From contig MU004181.1 in assembly GCA_010093605.1 (NCBI GenBank), positions 3,224,001 to 3,288,000 on the forward strand: 64,000 nucleotides of DNA. Direction: 5' to 3'. The notes under the pieces were generated by a model, which had not been told where the DNA came from, searched no databases, and saw only the letters and a list, made by a program, of their open reading frames with translations. The translations under genes and the position numbers were made by a program. This document shows, in pieces, positions 37,342 through 49,407 of the stretch. The DNA is from Lophium mytilinum (Eukaryota). Positions within the stretch are counted from its first letter, which is position 1; every line of letters begins with the position of its first letter.

Positions 37342-39290
37342 CTCGAATGGACTTGTCAGCAGGATCATCGGCCACGTGATGAAAAGGCCAATCCCTGACA
37401 CCGCGTTTGGAACAAGGAGCGTGTGCTTGCATGCTCCTAACGCTGGTGACGATACGACGGAAATTCTCTCTTTTTGTCCTTTTTTGTTGCGTTACAGCGA
37501 TTGCATTGCACCCGGTTGGCGTCTTTGTCTTACTATGGGTATGGGCAAAACTTGCCTCGATTCAAGCCGGCGGCTTTAGCACCCTGCATTTCCCACAGAA
37601 CATATGCATCTGGACGGCGTTTCTCTCGTCGAGACAATCTCTTGACGAGCCCTCACTTTGGAGGAATGGGCAATAACAAGGCGTTTTATTACTGGAAGGA
37701 TAGATCTGTAACATAGTATTCGGCTTCCTCGAAGGCTCTGGCATAGGTAGCCCCTCCTTCCAGTCCCCACGGCTTTTTGGTCTGCTGCGGCAAACCTACA
37801 TTAGCTAGTATACCTAGGTAGTTGACAGATTCAAAAATCTTTCGTTCAAGCTGGATAGAGCTTGAGCTTGAGCTTTCAGTCAATTACCAAGACTCTTGAC
37901 CAAATGCAGTGCTTATTGTCCGTGAAGCTGATAACACAGTTGATATTCCACGAGGTGACGTTTCCGGTATGCTCGATGCATTCGGCAAATACTGCCGAAG
38001 TTCGCGTAAACCTTCACACTAACACCTATTTTCACGACTTTAAACACCACCCAATCCACAGCCACTTATGCCGGATCAACGGGAGGCGTGCTACATATTG
38101 ACAAGATATCACCTCGGCACCCCATCGGACCCATAGACCATGGGTTCGGGATGAGGACCAGCGCTTACCACGTTGTACCCGCTCATTCACAAAGATGCCA
38201 ACACGCTGGCGCGACCGGATCGTCTGTACGAGCTTTCGACCTTCACCCTTTGTAAGCATGAGGAACACAAAGGAAGTCACCTCACGCAATTCGCAATCTT
38301 GAAGGCGGAACTGCATTCGTATCTGCCTGCCTGGTCCGGAGTATTGGCGCGCGTACCCAGCACTTCTTCATCCCATACGCTCAAGGTCAAACAATCCTAA
38401 AGTACCGGCTGCATCCTGCCGATCCTTTGGAACAATAGACTGCAAGGCTGCACGCGGACAGGACACGCAACACGCGGCAGTTTGAAATAGCTTTCGGTCC
38501 GTCTTGACGACGCTAGATTTTGAAAGGGGGAGGGTTGGGAGGCTTTGAGTTTTCGTGCCTGCAGGGTCTGTCCCGTGTGGCGCTGTGGCTCGTGCGCGCG
38601 GCTGGTGGGATATCGGCATGGCGTGAGTTGGTGCGTTTGCGAGATCTTAATGGGAACTTGGTCAGGAGGTGGCTGTCGGGTTGACGGCAGGGCTAGTTGG
38701 AGCTTGTGGTTAGAGATCGCAATGGGTGAGAGTTATGAGCCAGTTCGTGCGGAGAATGCCGTAGACGGCGTTGTAGCTATAGAACAACACCTCGACGCTC
38801 ACACGGCGACAACTTTGGGCGCATTCACCGGCTCATGATATATGAGGCTGCAGATGAGCCCTCAGCGGTTGAGAGATTGAACTGCTGTGTTAAAGAACAA
38901 GATACTTGCTCGTCCAATTATTATTCTTTTTCCTATTAGATCAACAGGTATAAAGCCAACTTTCGAGACGTCGCTTCTTCAGTCCGATCGATCTCAGTCA
39001 AATTTCCTGTTCGCGATTGCTATCTTAGCACATTACAGTTTGTCAGTTGTTAGCAGTTCTTAGAGCGTGAGCACCCAGAGTTCGTTGTCATGTCTCGACG
39101 TGCCCCTGTCAGCTTTCTCTCTTCCCTTGTGCCTTCCAATGGAATGGTCGCTGTCGCTTGGCATGCAATATGATGTATTCCCCCACGTAACGTATGCTGA
39201 CCTTCGTGCGACCATCTCAATGATAAACCTGTAATTCCCACGACAATAGTCCTCTTCTTCATATTAGCAACACAGTTCAAACAGCCCACC

Positions 39291-41042
39291 ATGAGCTCGC
39301 AGTTGGTGTCGTCCATTGATGAGACTCTGCTAAGCATTCTCTCACAACACCCTCTTTACCTCGTTGTTTTCGCAGCCACTGTCTTCTTCATCGTCGGCCG
39401 ACTCCGTCAATACTGGCGATTAAAGCATTTTGACGGCCCTTTCAGCACCGGGTTCTCTTGGCTCTGGCACTCAAATGTCGTGCTGAGCGGAAATGCGCAC
39501 AAGCACTACGGATATGTCACTGAGAAATACGGTACGGCGAAGGCCATGTTATCCAAGGAGGAACCAAAGAGGTTGACCGCATGACAGGGACAATTGCTCG
39601 TGTCGCGCCAAATCACCTCATCACTTCGTCGTCAGAGTTATGGGCTCACATAAATGCCGTTCGCTCACCGTATTCTCGTTCCCAATGGTATTATCATTGC
39701 GCACGCTTTGAGGCTGGTAAAGACAACGTCTTCACCGAGTGTGACAATGACAAGCACGATGCCAGGAGGAAGAAAATGGCGTCTGGGGTAACGTAGCTCG
39801 TGCAAATTGGAGCCGCTTCGTTATGTACTGACAGACTGTGAACAGTATTCCGGAAAAGAGAACCCGACTCTGGAACCATCCATTGATACACATGCCAAAG
39901 AACTGGTACATCTAATTCGATCGAAATATGCTACTCCCGCCGCCTCCGTCGGTGTCTCCAAGCCAATGAATATGGCCTCCAAAATGCAGTACTTTACCCT
40001 AGATGTGATTAGCCATGTTGGGCTTGGCCAAGCGTTTGGAGACCTGAAGGAGGATGCCGATACCAATGATTATCTAAAGTCACTTGAAGAAGGCCTGACG
40101 ATTAGCAATATAACTTGGGGACTAGGACTATCCTGGATTCTCGACGTGCCCTTCCTTGGAAAAGCGATAAGTCCATCTGAAAAAGATGAGCGAGGCTTTG
40201 GGAAGATGATAGCGTAAGGATTCACGTGCTATACTTCACTCAGAGTCGCCGCGTTAACTTTATGCAGTCATGCCCGCAAGAGCATCGAACAGCGCTTGCT
40301 CAAGTCGACTAGCGAACGCTCCGATATGCTTTCGTCCTTCGTACGCCACGGCCTGTCCGGCGATGAGTTGTTTCAAGAGACCTTTGAGCAGATCCTCGCT
40401 GGCTCGGACACGACAGCTGCTTCTTTGCGGATTATCATGCTTTACCTGATGAGCCATCCCCGCGTATATGCCACACTCCAAGCTGACATCGACCGCGCAG
40501 TCAAGGCGGGCGTCGCTCCAGCTTCGCCAGAAATCATTTCAGATATCGAAGCCCGAGGCCTTGTTTATCTAGGGGCCGTAGTCCGCGAGGCCTTGCGCGT
40601 ACATCCTCCGGTAGTCAATATTTTCTCCAGAGTTGTTCCTAAAGGTGGAGACGCCGTCAAGGTCGATGGTCAAGACGTCTTCCTCCCAGGCGGCACCCTG
40701 ATCGGCTATTCAGCCTGGGGTATGCACCGTAACAACAAGGCTGTGTATGGAGAGGACTCCCACGTCTTCCGCCCTGAGCGCTGGTTTGTCGACGAGAACG
40801 AATCCGGCGGAGCTGAACGTCTCGCGCAAATGCTCAAAACCAACGACATGATTTTCGGCTACGGAAGATGGCACTGCTTGGGTAAGGTTGTTGCCATGAT
40901 TGAAATTCACAAGGTCATCTTCGAGCTTTTGAGGAACTTTGATTTTGCTCTTACGAGTCCTGATAAGCCGTGGACTATTTCCAATGCCATGGGATTGTTC
41001 GCCATTGGGGATATGTGGGTTGAGGTTACGGAACGCTCTTGA
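39291..41042 (+). CDS. Cytochrome P450 (pisatin demethylase/benzoate monooxygenase-like clan)
   Basis: N-terminal TM anchor, AGSDTT, EALR, PERW, heme motif FGYGRWHCLG; three introns. Confidence 0.95.
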
Positions 41043-41890
41043 ATCCTTGAAGGAGTCGGGATCCTTATATAATGACCCTTTTCTCCTTACATACCTCTAT
41101 CATGATTTGATCCAAGTTTGCTGTGCTTGTACACACTGCTTCAAGAGCCTTTCTTCCTTGCTCTAGGGGGACAGAGCTTCGAAGTCACCACCAGATGCTC
41201 GTCTCATACAAGGGGCTGTGATACACAAAAGAGATTCGGCGCCCGAATTAGCCCTCACACGCTGAGATCTGTTCGGCGCCAACGGTCATGGGCTGCCTGA
41301 CGTAGAAGATGACACTGGCTGTGGAGAGGTGTCATAAGAATAGGGTCTTTGTGCCCCGTTGCAATAACATCACCATATTACAAGGGATTATGTCGATCAC
41401 AAGAAGACAGGTCAGCCGCCGTGTTGAAAGAAAGAGTAGTGGGTCAGGTATGAGCTAGGTATGACTTTGAGAACGACCTCCCAATAGCCATAGCTCAAGT
41501 CACCAAAAACAAGGTCTAAACCAAGTGGAGTAGGTAATCAAAAATCTTTCTCCTCACCTTTGTGCACCTTCTTCTTACTGTTAGTCTATTTCTAAATGTC
41601 TCAACTCCTGGAATACTCAGACGATAGTCATGGACTCAGGCCTTGCTACGACATATAACAATAGGCACGAACCTCGACCATTGAATTCATTCGTTATGGG
41701 ACAAAAACAAAATGTTGATTATTATGGTCAATAGGATTTCTAAGGCAAGAGAGCATTGCTTGCGTACTTTGTGCATACTCTCTAAAGACAGCGTCTGTAC
41801 AATGGGGACTTCCTTGGACTATAGAAGTTCACCGTCGACGCTTCTGAGAGCCTACGCTCAGCTCTGGAAAATATTACCTGCGCGAGCACG

Positions 41891-42358
41891 ATGTTACATC
41901 ACCGTTACCGCTATTGGAAGCATTTCCACCCAGCGGAAGCGCAATCGATTGACATTCGAAACCCCACTTCGAAATCAAGCCAGCTCTCAGAACCTCGCAT
42001 GCACCAAAACCTGATCATTACAATTTCAGTCCTCGTCCCCATAGCATTCCTGCTACTGTGTCTGTATCTGATCAATAAAAACTGCTGCTGGAGAGTAGGG
42101 AAGGTTGGTCGTCAGCAGAGGCATTCTGAAAAGCAGATGAGCAACTTGAGCGATCTTGCTGCGCAATACCTCGACCCTGATCACGAGCTAGGTGTTTCCG
42201 AAACTTAGTCCGAATCTTCAAGTTTTCAAATGCCGCGGAGAGCCCCTCCGCCGCCTGGTGTCCTGGTCACTCCAGCATATTCATACGCCGATGATCAAGC
42301 AGGGGTTGTTCGTGAGCAGAGCCTCCCCGTAGAAGATCAAGAGTTCACTTGGCGATAG
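41891..42358 (+). pseudogene. Small single-pass membrane protein gene, possibly with a premature TAG at 42206
   Basis: TM LIITISVLVPIAFLLLCLYLI followed by NKNCCW; the frame continues 49 codons past the TAG with RRAPPPP and PAY. Confidence 0.35.
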
Positions 42359-42861
42359 ATGGCGATATTAACTATGACTCCGCTGTGGGCTATCAGTAAC
42401 AGAGTCCGTGAAAGCCACGGGCTCACTCAGCGATGAATAACGATTTCGCTTCGAACCTTAAGGAATTTGATATGCCTACGGCAAGGTACTTCTCAATGTG
42501 AACCGATGAGCGTGTGGAGTTCCAACTTCAAATCAAATATCTCGGCCAGCCCATCTCCCTTATTGCAATGCACGTACGTTCTTCTCTAAGATTGAGTAAA
42601 TTCAACTTTACAATCCCGTCTCTCTTGAACAATACATCTTTCGGTCCATTCACACATCGTCAGTGGAAGATTTCTCACTCACCTCATGATCCTGAGGTCT
42701 ACAAATATACTCCAAGGGCCATACTATGGCGAAAACACCGCATCATTCTCCGCAGCTCTGCAGCTTAGATGGTATAGAAAGACTTGGCGTACAATATATA
42801 TGAACCTTTCAGAATATATCGACACACATTGCATAGACACATTGAGCATTGTAGCCATACA

Positions 42862-43471
42862 ATGAGCCCTCTCTCGGTATGTATAGCACATCAGGAAGCG
42901 TCATGATGACGAGACAAACTCGGATCAAGATTCGAAAACGCATGCCAATTGGAAGACTAGACACAAACCTACTTCACATTTCTAGCTTCAGCATATTTTC
43001 TCGTCTGATTCGCGCCTTCCTCGTCTTTACTATCTCAAAGACGGTACAGCCTTTACCTGTACGAAACCCAACAATCACAATGCCCACATCGGCAATGGCG
43101 TCAACTTCTCCGGGCAGATAGTTTCCAAGCAGCCAATCGCAACTACGGTGGCTGATACGCTTCGAAAGCGGGATCCACAAGTCTGGACTTCCGAAGCACC
43201 AGCTTGGAGCGAGCCCGCATGGACTGAACCGGCGTGGACTCCCACTTCTGTCTGGACACCAGTCACGTCCTCAACCCCGACCGTCGCCACGACTCCAACG
43301 TGAGACCGTGCCTTGTCGGGAGACAATAAGCCCACCACCACGAAGTGGGCGACGGACCTGATAGTGCCCATTAGCATCGTTGGCGGCGCTGTATTCTTGA
43401 CCCTATGCTTATGCATATGGAGGTGCTGCAGCTGCTTCCGTTCGAAGCCCCGGGAATCATCACAAGTCTAG
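42862..43471 (+). pseudogene. Thr/Pro-rich single-pass membrane protein gene with internal TGA at 43301
   Basis: Frame from 42986 reads ...LRKRDPQVWTSEAPAWSEPAWTEPAWTPTS...*...LIVPISIVGGAVFLTLCLCIWRCCSCF; putative first exon 42862..42876. Confidence 0.4.
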
Positions 43472-43994
43472 GCTCATAGCGGGTCGATGTTCAAGGAGAG
43501 TCCGCTAGGGGGTTGTCGGCTCTAGTTGCTGTCCTCTGAGGACTGAGTCTGATGGGGCTACATAAGCATAACCCCAGACCGTTGAACGGACAACGGTGAA
43601 CGAGTGGCTGCGAATAGGCTGAAAAGGCTTTTGTGCGTTAAGTCACCTTCAGCTTCTCGTCATAGCCATATCTTCCCATTTCACAATAGATGAGCTGAAA
43701 CAGAATGAAACAAAATAAAAAATCTCAACACGAATTGGCTCCTGAAATGTGACTGGTGATTTGAATTCGTAGAGCAAGTACTTTTAGCCCAGCCCTAATT
43801 TGCTTAAAACAAATGCCCGTCCTCTCCACCATTGTAGATCTATAGAGCAATATATATATTTTTGCTGAAGCCCAGTGACCCCCAATAACTTTCATGCCAT
43901 ACCCCAAAACTTAGTTGCACCTCCAGTCTTGTCGATAAAGGCTTCCCATGCTGTACCAAGAAACATCCGATGGACTCTCAGCCAGTATCTGGAG

Positions 43995-45081
43995 TTAGTC
44001 TAGCCTGCAAATGCTGCAATCTTCGTACAGAGAGTGGCCTGTGTGTATCATTCCTTTGGCCCAGAAACCCTCCATGGTTCTTTCGCTCTGGTTGCATCCG
44101 CCAAAGAACGATAACTGCCAAACAACATCATCTGTGTCAAAATAGTCGAGGGTAACTTTTCCGTCTCCGCTCACTGTGTGTGTGAAGAATTGCAGGCCCT
44201 TTGCTTCAAGGTGGTGTACCAACCGCCTGGTATTGTCGAGCAGATGTACTTCAATAGCACTACTTAGAACTTGCTCCTGTAGAAAACCGCATATTATGAG
44301 CCTGGGGGTAATCAGATAATGGTAACATCCTCGCGCCCTACGCACCATTTGAAATGTAAGGTTTGGAGTTTCGTCTGGCATGCGCTTGAACGGTTCAATC
44401 TTGGACTTGGTGGTGATGAGTTGCTTTGATGTCGTGCGGACAGCTCCGATTCGATTCAACATGACCCATTTCTCGCTCAATACAGGAGCATATTAGCTCA
44501 AATTCGAATTTGGAGGCATTAGTGGAAGAACTCACACATGCGCTAGCCTAGGCACTGCTTCTCGCACAGCGGGTGGAACCTCGAATGCGACCTTCCAGTA
44601 TCGATGCGTCGGGAAATAGTAGCCAAAGCGATCAGACTCGGCGTCACGTGCGACCTCTTGCCAAGTTGGGGCCAGGAATTCGGCGTCGAAGCTGCCGACG
44701 ACTTCGTACACGCTCATCTAGATATATCAGTCTGCAATCTTGTAAAATATCGGAAGAGAATGAGCTCACGGCTTCGTCGTGAAGTTCTTGCCAATGCTCT
44801 TCTGGGATCAAGCCGTAGTCGTTCAGATGGTCCTCGGGAACGATGCCATACTCAACAGCCTTGGCAGAGAGAACGCGCCAAATACGATTCTCCCAAGATA
44901 GGCGCTGCTCGACGTTGGCAGATTCGAAGAACTCGAGGTATTTGCTGTTCGTGCCCTTCAACTTCGTCTGCTTGTCGGCCTTAGCCCGATAGAGCTTGTT
45001 GACTGCCGCTGCAGACATGGCATTGGAAGTCGCCGTTGTAGGTCGTGGAATGAGCGGATGAGGTCTCTTCAGAAGTTGCAT
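43995..45081 (-). CDS. Hypothetical multi-exon protein
   Basis: Three co-directional protein-like ORF segments (44644..45081, 44532..44717, 43995..44480) separated by GT..CTAAT..AG-like sequences; TATATA upstream near 45112. Confidence 0.5.
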
Positions 45082-45528
45082 GGATAGACCGAGGAAGAAG
45101 GGCCAGCTTGTATATAAATCCGGGTCAAGTCCGAATCGGCCGGTGCCTTGAAAGTGTGATCAAGTGAAGAGTAAAGTGAAGAGTGAGCTACCGTCTGGAG
45201 TAGTGCGGCTATAACTGAGTCGTCTGAAATACGACCATAGTAGCAGTGTATAAGGATGTGAGTAGAACAAGAGACACAGAGATGAAAGAAAACACGCTAT
45301 GTGATTGAATATACTTAGGTCTATAAGACTTGAATAGGAATATTACAAGAGCGTAAAAAGGAAGGGGGTACACCAATTGCCGATGCTCATGCCTGGTATC
45401 TACCTTCGGTCTTATGTAACGCCATGTCCAGAAACAAATTATGCCGCCCAGCCCACCACTATTTACCGAGGGGGCGATCATTGACATCCATGATCCCGCT
45501 GTCTTCTATCGGCCTCCCATCTAGTCGA

Positions 45529-47149
45529 TCACAAGACCCTTGCGACGCCGACACCAGACGGGATTTCCCCCCGCTGAGGCGGAACGATCCATTCTTCACT
45601 CCCCTCGCTTATATCATCTCGGTCGCTCCGTTTCGCCGTAACCAGGCTCGCGTTGCCCTTGTAGCTCTGGCTGTGGGGGTTCTTGTCGTATTCAATGGTA
45701 AAGGTGTTGTCTTTCACGATTCCGCCGTGCAGCTCATGGAAGGGAAAGCTTTGGCTGTTTGGTGGGAGAGTGCGGCCGTTGGAAGGATTATCAGAGTCGT
45801 GAGTGCTGCCAAAGATCTTGGGGAAGAGCTTGGACATCAGTGGCTTGCACCCAGTGATGCAGCCGCAGATGATTCCGACGGTCATTTCGATAGCAGTTAT
45901 CGTGGTCAGAGTTGCACCGTTGTCTGCTAATGCATTAGCAATCGGGAGGCAGTGGCTAGGGTAGGGTTACCGCTCACAAGGGACGTCGTAGGTACTGTAA
46001 TACACAGACATGAACCAGACACGACAAATGCCCGCAATGCAAACTCTGTGCATAGTAAGTGGAATGTACGGCTATGAACCAACATCATGTTTCACTCACA
46101 TTACTCCAAATCCAAACATGAGTATCAGTCCTAATCTCTGTTTCATCGGGATTTGAACCAACCACAGATCTCGAATTGGCCAAAGAAATATGATGAAGTC
46201 GCTAAAACTGTTCAGGGCTGCTGTTGCGTATGAAAAGACCGGTTGATTTACGCAAGTATGATTGGGGTACTTCTCCGGAGAGTAGTAACTCGCGACCGGC
46301 CTAAAGTGGTATTGAGTAAACTGTCAGAAACCTAAGGGCGCTGATAGAGGACGTACGAGCATTGGAAGATTGTGCCAAAGAACATTCCCATGAACCAGCA
46401 TACTTCGTAGCAGATCATAGTCCAGCAAAAGTGTTTATTGAGTTGAGATGGGAAGATGCCTATACAATTGTCAGCATTGGACATTATCCCGAGGCACGGA
46501 GAGGAGATGTACTTACGCAGATACGTAAAGCATACGCTCATCTTTGTCAGGGTAGTTATAGCAGCGAAGAAGACTTGCGTAGCCAAAGCTATCTGGAGGG
46601 CGTTAGTATTAGATCAATGCTCACCACTGAAATGCGTTAATAGTGCCTGTAGAGGAAATTTACCTGTGAGTTTACTTTGAAGCTGGTTCCAGGTGGGATA
46701 TCCCCTTCGGAGTGTTAGTGGACATCTCATGGGACTGTATGCAAGAGCCTCACAAATGTGGTACCCTGTGTGAAAAGCGGGCCCGGTGGATATACAGGTC
46801 ATGATAGTTGATGCTAGTACCAGTACCTAAGAAATGACGATTAGCAACAACCACGATAGTGAAAGATTTGTTCGTCGTACCGCTGCCCCTAACATGATCC
46901 AATCATCAATCCCAAGAGTTCTACGTAGGATGGTTCGGCTGTAGAAGCGCCCCTACAAAAGAAACCTGTTAGTAATTATAACGATTAGATAAGGCAAGCA
47001 GAAGTACTTTCCCCCACAAAAAGAACCGCGAAAGCAGTCAAAGGGATCTCAACGCCCAGAACAAACGGCCGGTGAGTTTTTGGGTTGATATAATTGGGAG
47101 CAGGCCATGAGGCTATCTCGGCCGGCGTGGGTGTCTGTTTTGATGCCAT
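45529..47149 (-). CDS. PTH11-like (fungal rhodopsin-domain) integral membrane protein, no CFEM domain
   Basis: WPAPNYINP, RFYSR...LGIDDW, TKMSV..TYLRIF, IFQC, SDFIIFLWP, IEMTVGIICGC...KPL motifs; many introns. Confidence 0.88.
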
Positions 47150-48421
47150 GGTGAATTAGGTGTTGCAACATGCAGCTCTCAGCACGGTGAATGAAGGATA
47201 GGTTATGAGAGAGTTCATGTAAAGCGAGCAGGGAGGCACGCCAACATATAGAAGCAGAAAGGCGAGAAGGAGAATCTATTGGTCTGTTTGTACCTGCCCA
47301 GGGCCAAATCGCCCGTGTTGGGCAAAACTTCGGTGAGAAACTAGAATTTAGGGCGTCCGTCAGGAAGCCGCTGCCCCGATAAGGTTCATGGACAGGGACC
47401 AGCGATGCAAACTCTATTCTCTAGTATGGGCTATCTGTGCCGAACTTACAGGCGTAGACGCGTCCCGTCGTAGAGCGGGCGAGAAGCCACCCAATCAGTC
47501 TAAAAAAGAGGATCATCTTTGCAAGTAACGAATCTAGATGCTGTGATGCCTTGCTTCAGGCAGATGATGCTCAGGGCCGGTAAAGTTTACTCAACTCTAG
47601 AAGATGCCTACGTTCGATCTGATACTACCTATATCCTCTTTCGCTTGAAGCGTCAACCTTGTCTGTTGAGCTCTCCTAGCGTCAAGCCGCACAGGTCTCG
47701 GCTGAATGCGAGTGACAGGTGACAGGACGGCGTAGATTGTGCATTATTCAGACACCGGCCCCTGCAGCACAAGGCTGGTGTCAGGCCTTGTATCCCACCA
47801 GTTCAGACGTAAAATGTCAAGGTTAATCCACTAGAGCCTGAGTCGTGGGCTTGAGGAGTGATGTTTCTCAGGAGTCAGAAGTGCTTGCTGGAAGAGACGG
47901 CAAGCTTGAGGCGTGCTGGGAGGCGGGCTGCGAGGCTCCGCGGACCAAGCGGGGAAGACTGGACTGACTAAAGGCTCGCAAAGACGGTCTCGCCGGTGGT
48001 CTAGTAGACGTTTAATACGAAATGTCGAGCGTCGGAGGGTGGATGGGTGGGTCGGGGTCCCTGGGGTTTATACCTGTCAAAGTGAAGGGAAGGACGGAGG
48101 GTGGCGGAGGATCGGCTGATCGTCACCAAGGAAGGGGCTCGATCCTATTCCCGCCGCAGTGTCCCCGGGTCTTTTCTCCTGGGTCACCCCTTGAAGCATG
48201 CCGCCCAGCCCAAGCGGCCCGATCCTGCATCAACACCATCGACTCTGCAGAGCACGTCCATCATCATCGTTCACCATACCTGGAACGTCATCCAACTCTT
48301 GAGTTGGCTGTCCGCATGCTATAAAGTTCAGTGCTAATTGCCTAGTGGACCGTCGATTTGATATATCTCGGATCTCGATCGGCGCGTTACCGGATTCGGG
48401 GTGGCTGTGATTGATGCGCTA

Positions 48422-48624
48422 CAGCCTCTTGACACGTCCGGTGGACACTCTCTAATACCAAGCCACAAACTTACCGTATAAAGGAGCGACTCCGAGCGCC
48501 TTTAGGGAGGAATAGCACCCTTCTGACCAACCAATTCTCGAGTCGCTTAAGTTCTAGCCCGGAAAAGAGGAATACCAGGATCGACTCAGTTTAGCGCTGG
48601 GTCACCGGACGTGTCAAAAGACTG
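48422..48624. mobile_element. 203-bp MITE-like element with 22-bp TIRs and TA flanks
   Basis: Left end CAGCCTCTTGACACGTCCGGTG versus right end (reverse complement) CAGTCTTTTGACACGTCCGGTG, 20/22 identical; TA at 48420-21 and 48625-26. Confidence 0.78.
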
Positions 48625-49407
48625 TACTCCATAAGGTTTATACTTGACGCACGGTTTATCCACATTTCCCTGAGGTAGCCTATCCTTTCCGCCTCTACAC
48701 CGTGCTAAACCCACAGCGTCCGGTATAGATACAACTACTCTGTATTTCGATGGCCAAGATGCTCGGCCCAGGCAAATGGTGTATCATTTGCTCTATTCCT
48801 GAGCTGTGCGTATGTATACAGGTTCCCGGAAGCCATGCTGACCACCAGAACAGAAGCTGCAAGCTCAATATTCATCGTGTCTCTAGTTATCTAGACGTGT
48901 TACTTTATCTGTCTCACTTGTAGAGCGGTATTTGTCTCACTTGGAGAGCGGTGTTTCCTGCTCCCTTGTGGGACTTTACCGTCGTCTCAGGGACTCCGAA
49001 GCAGTGGAGACGACGGAGAATATTCCGACTCCTCTGGACGGGCTAGCCCGTGGTAAAGGCGCACTGATGAAGTGTGTCCCGGTTCCCCTAGATCGGTCAT
49101 TCAGTCACGTGACGGATCGAGCCTGTCCCTGTCTTAAAGGTCTTGTAACCTTAGTCGCTTTACCCATGCGTATTTCATAGAAGGCTCTTTCTAACCTCTT
49201 ATAACACACAGCTAATAGCTTCGTCCACTCCTCATAGAGTTTGCTAGACTGCTCACAAGCACCATCCTTGCAATATGAAAGCCTCGCCATCACAGCAGCT
49301 AGCAGGCAGGTGAAATAGACGCGTAAAGGACGTAAGACAGGCCGATCATTAATCAACTATTACGTAGGTGTAACACTACCATCTACACTTCCTTAGCCCT
49401 CTCTAGT

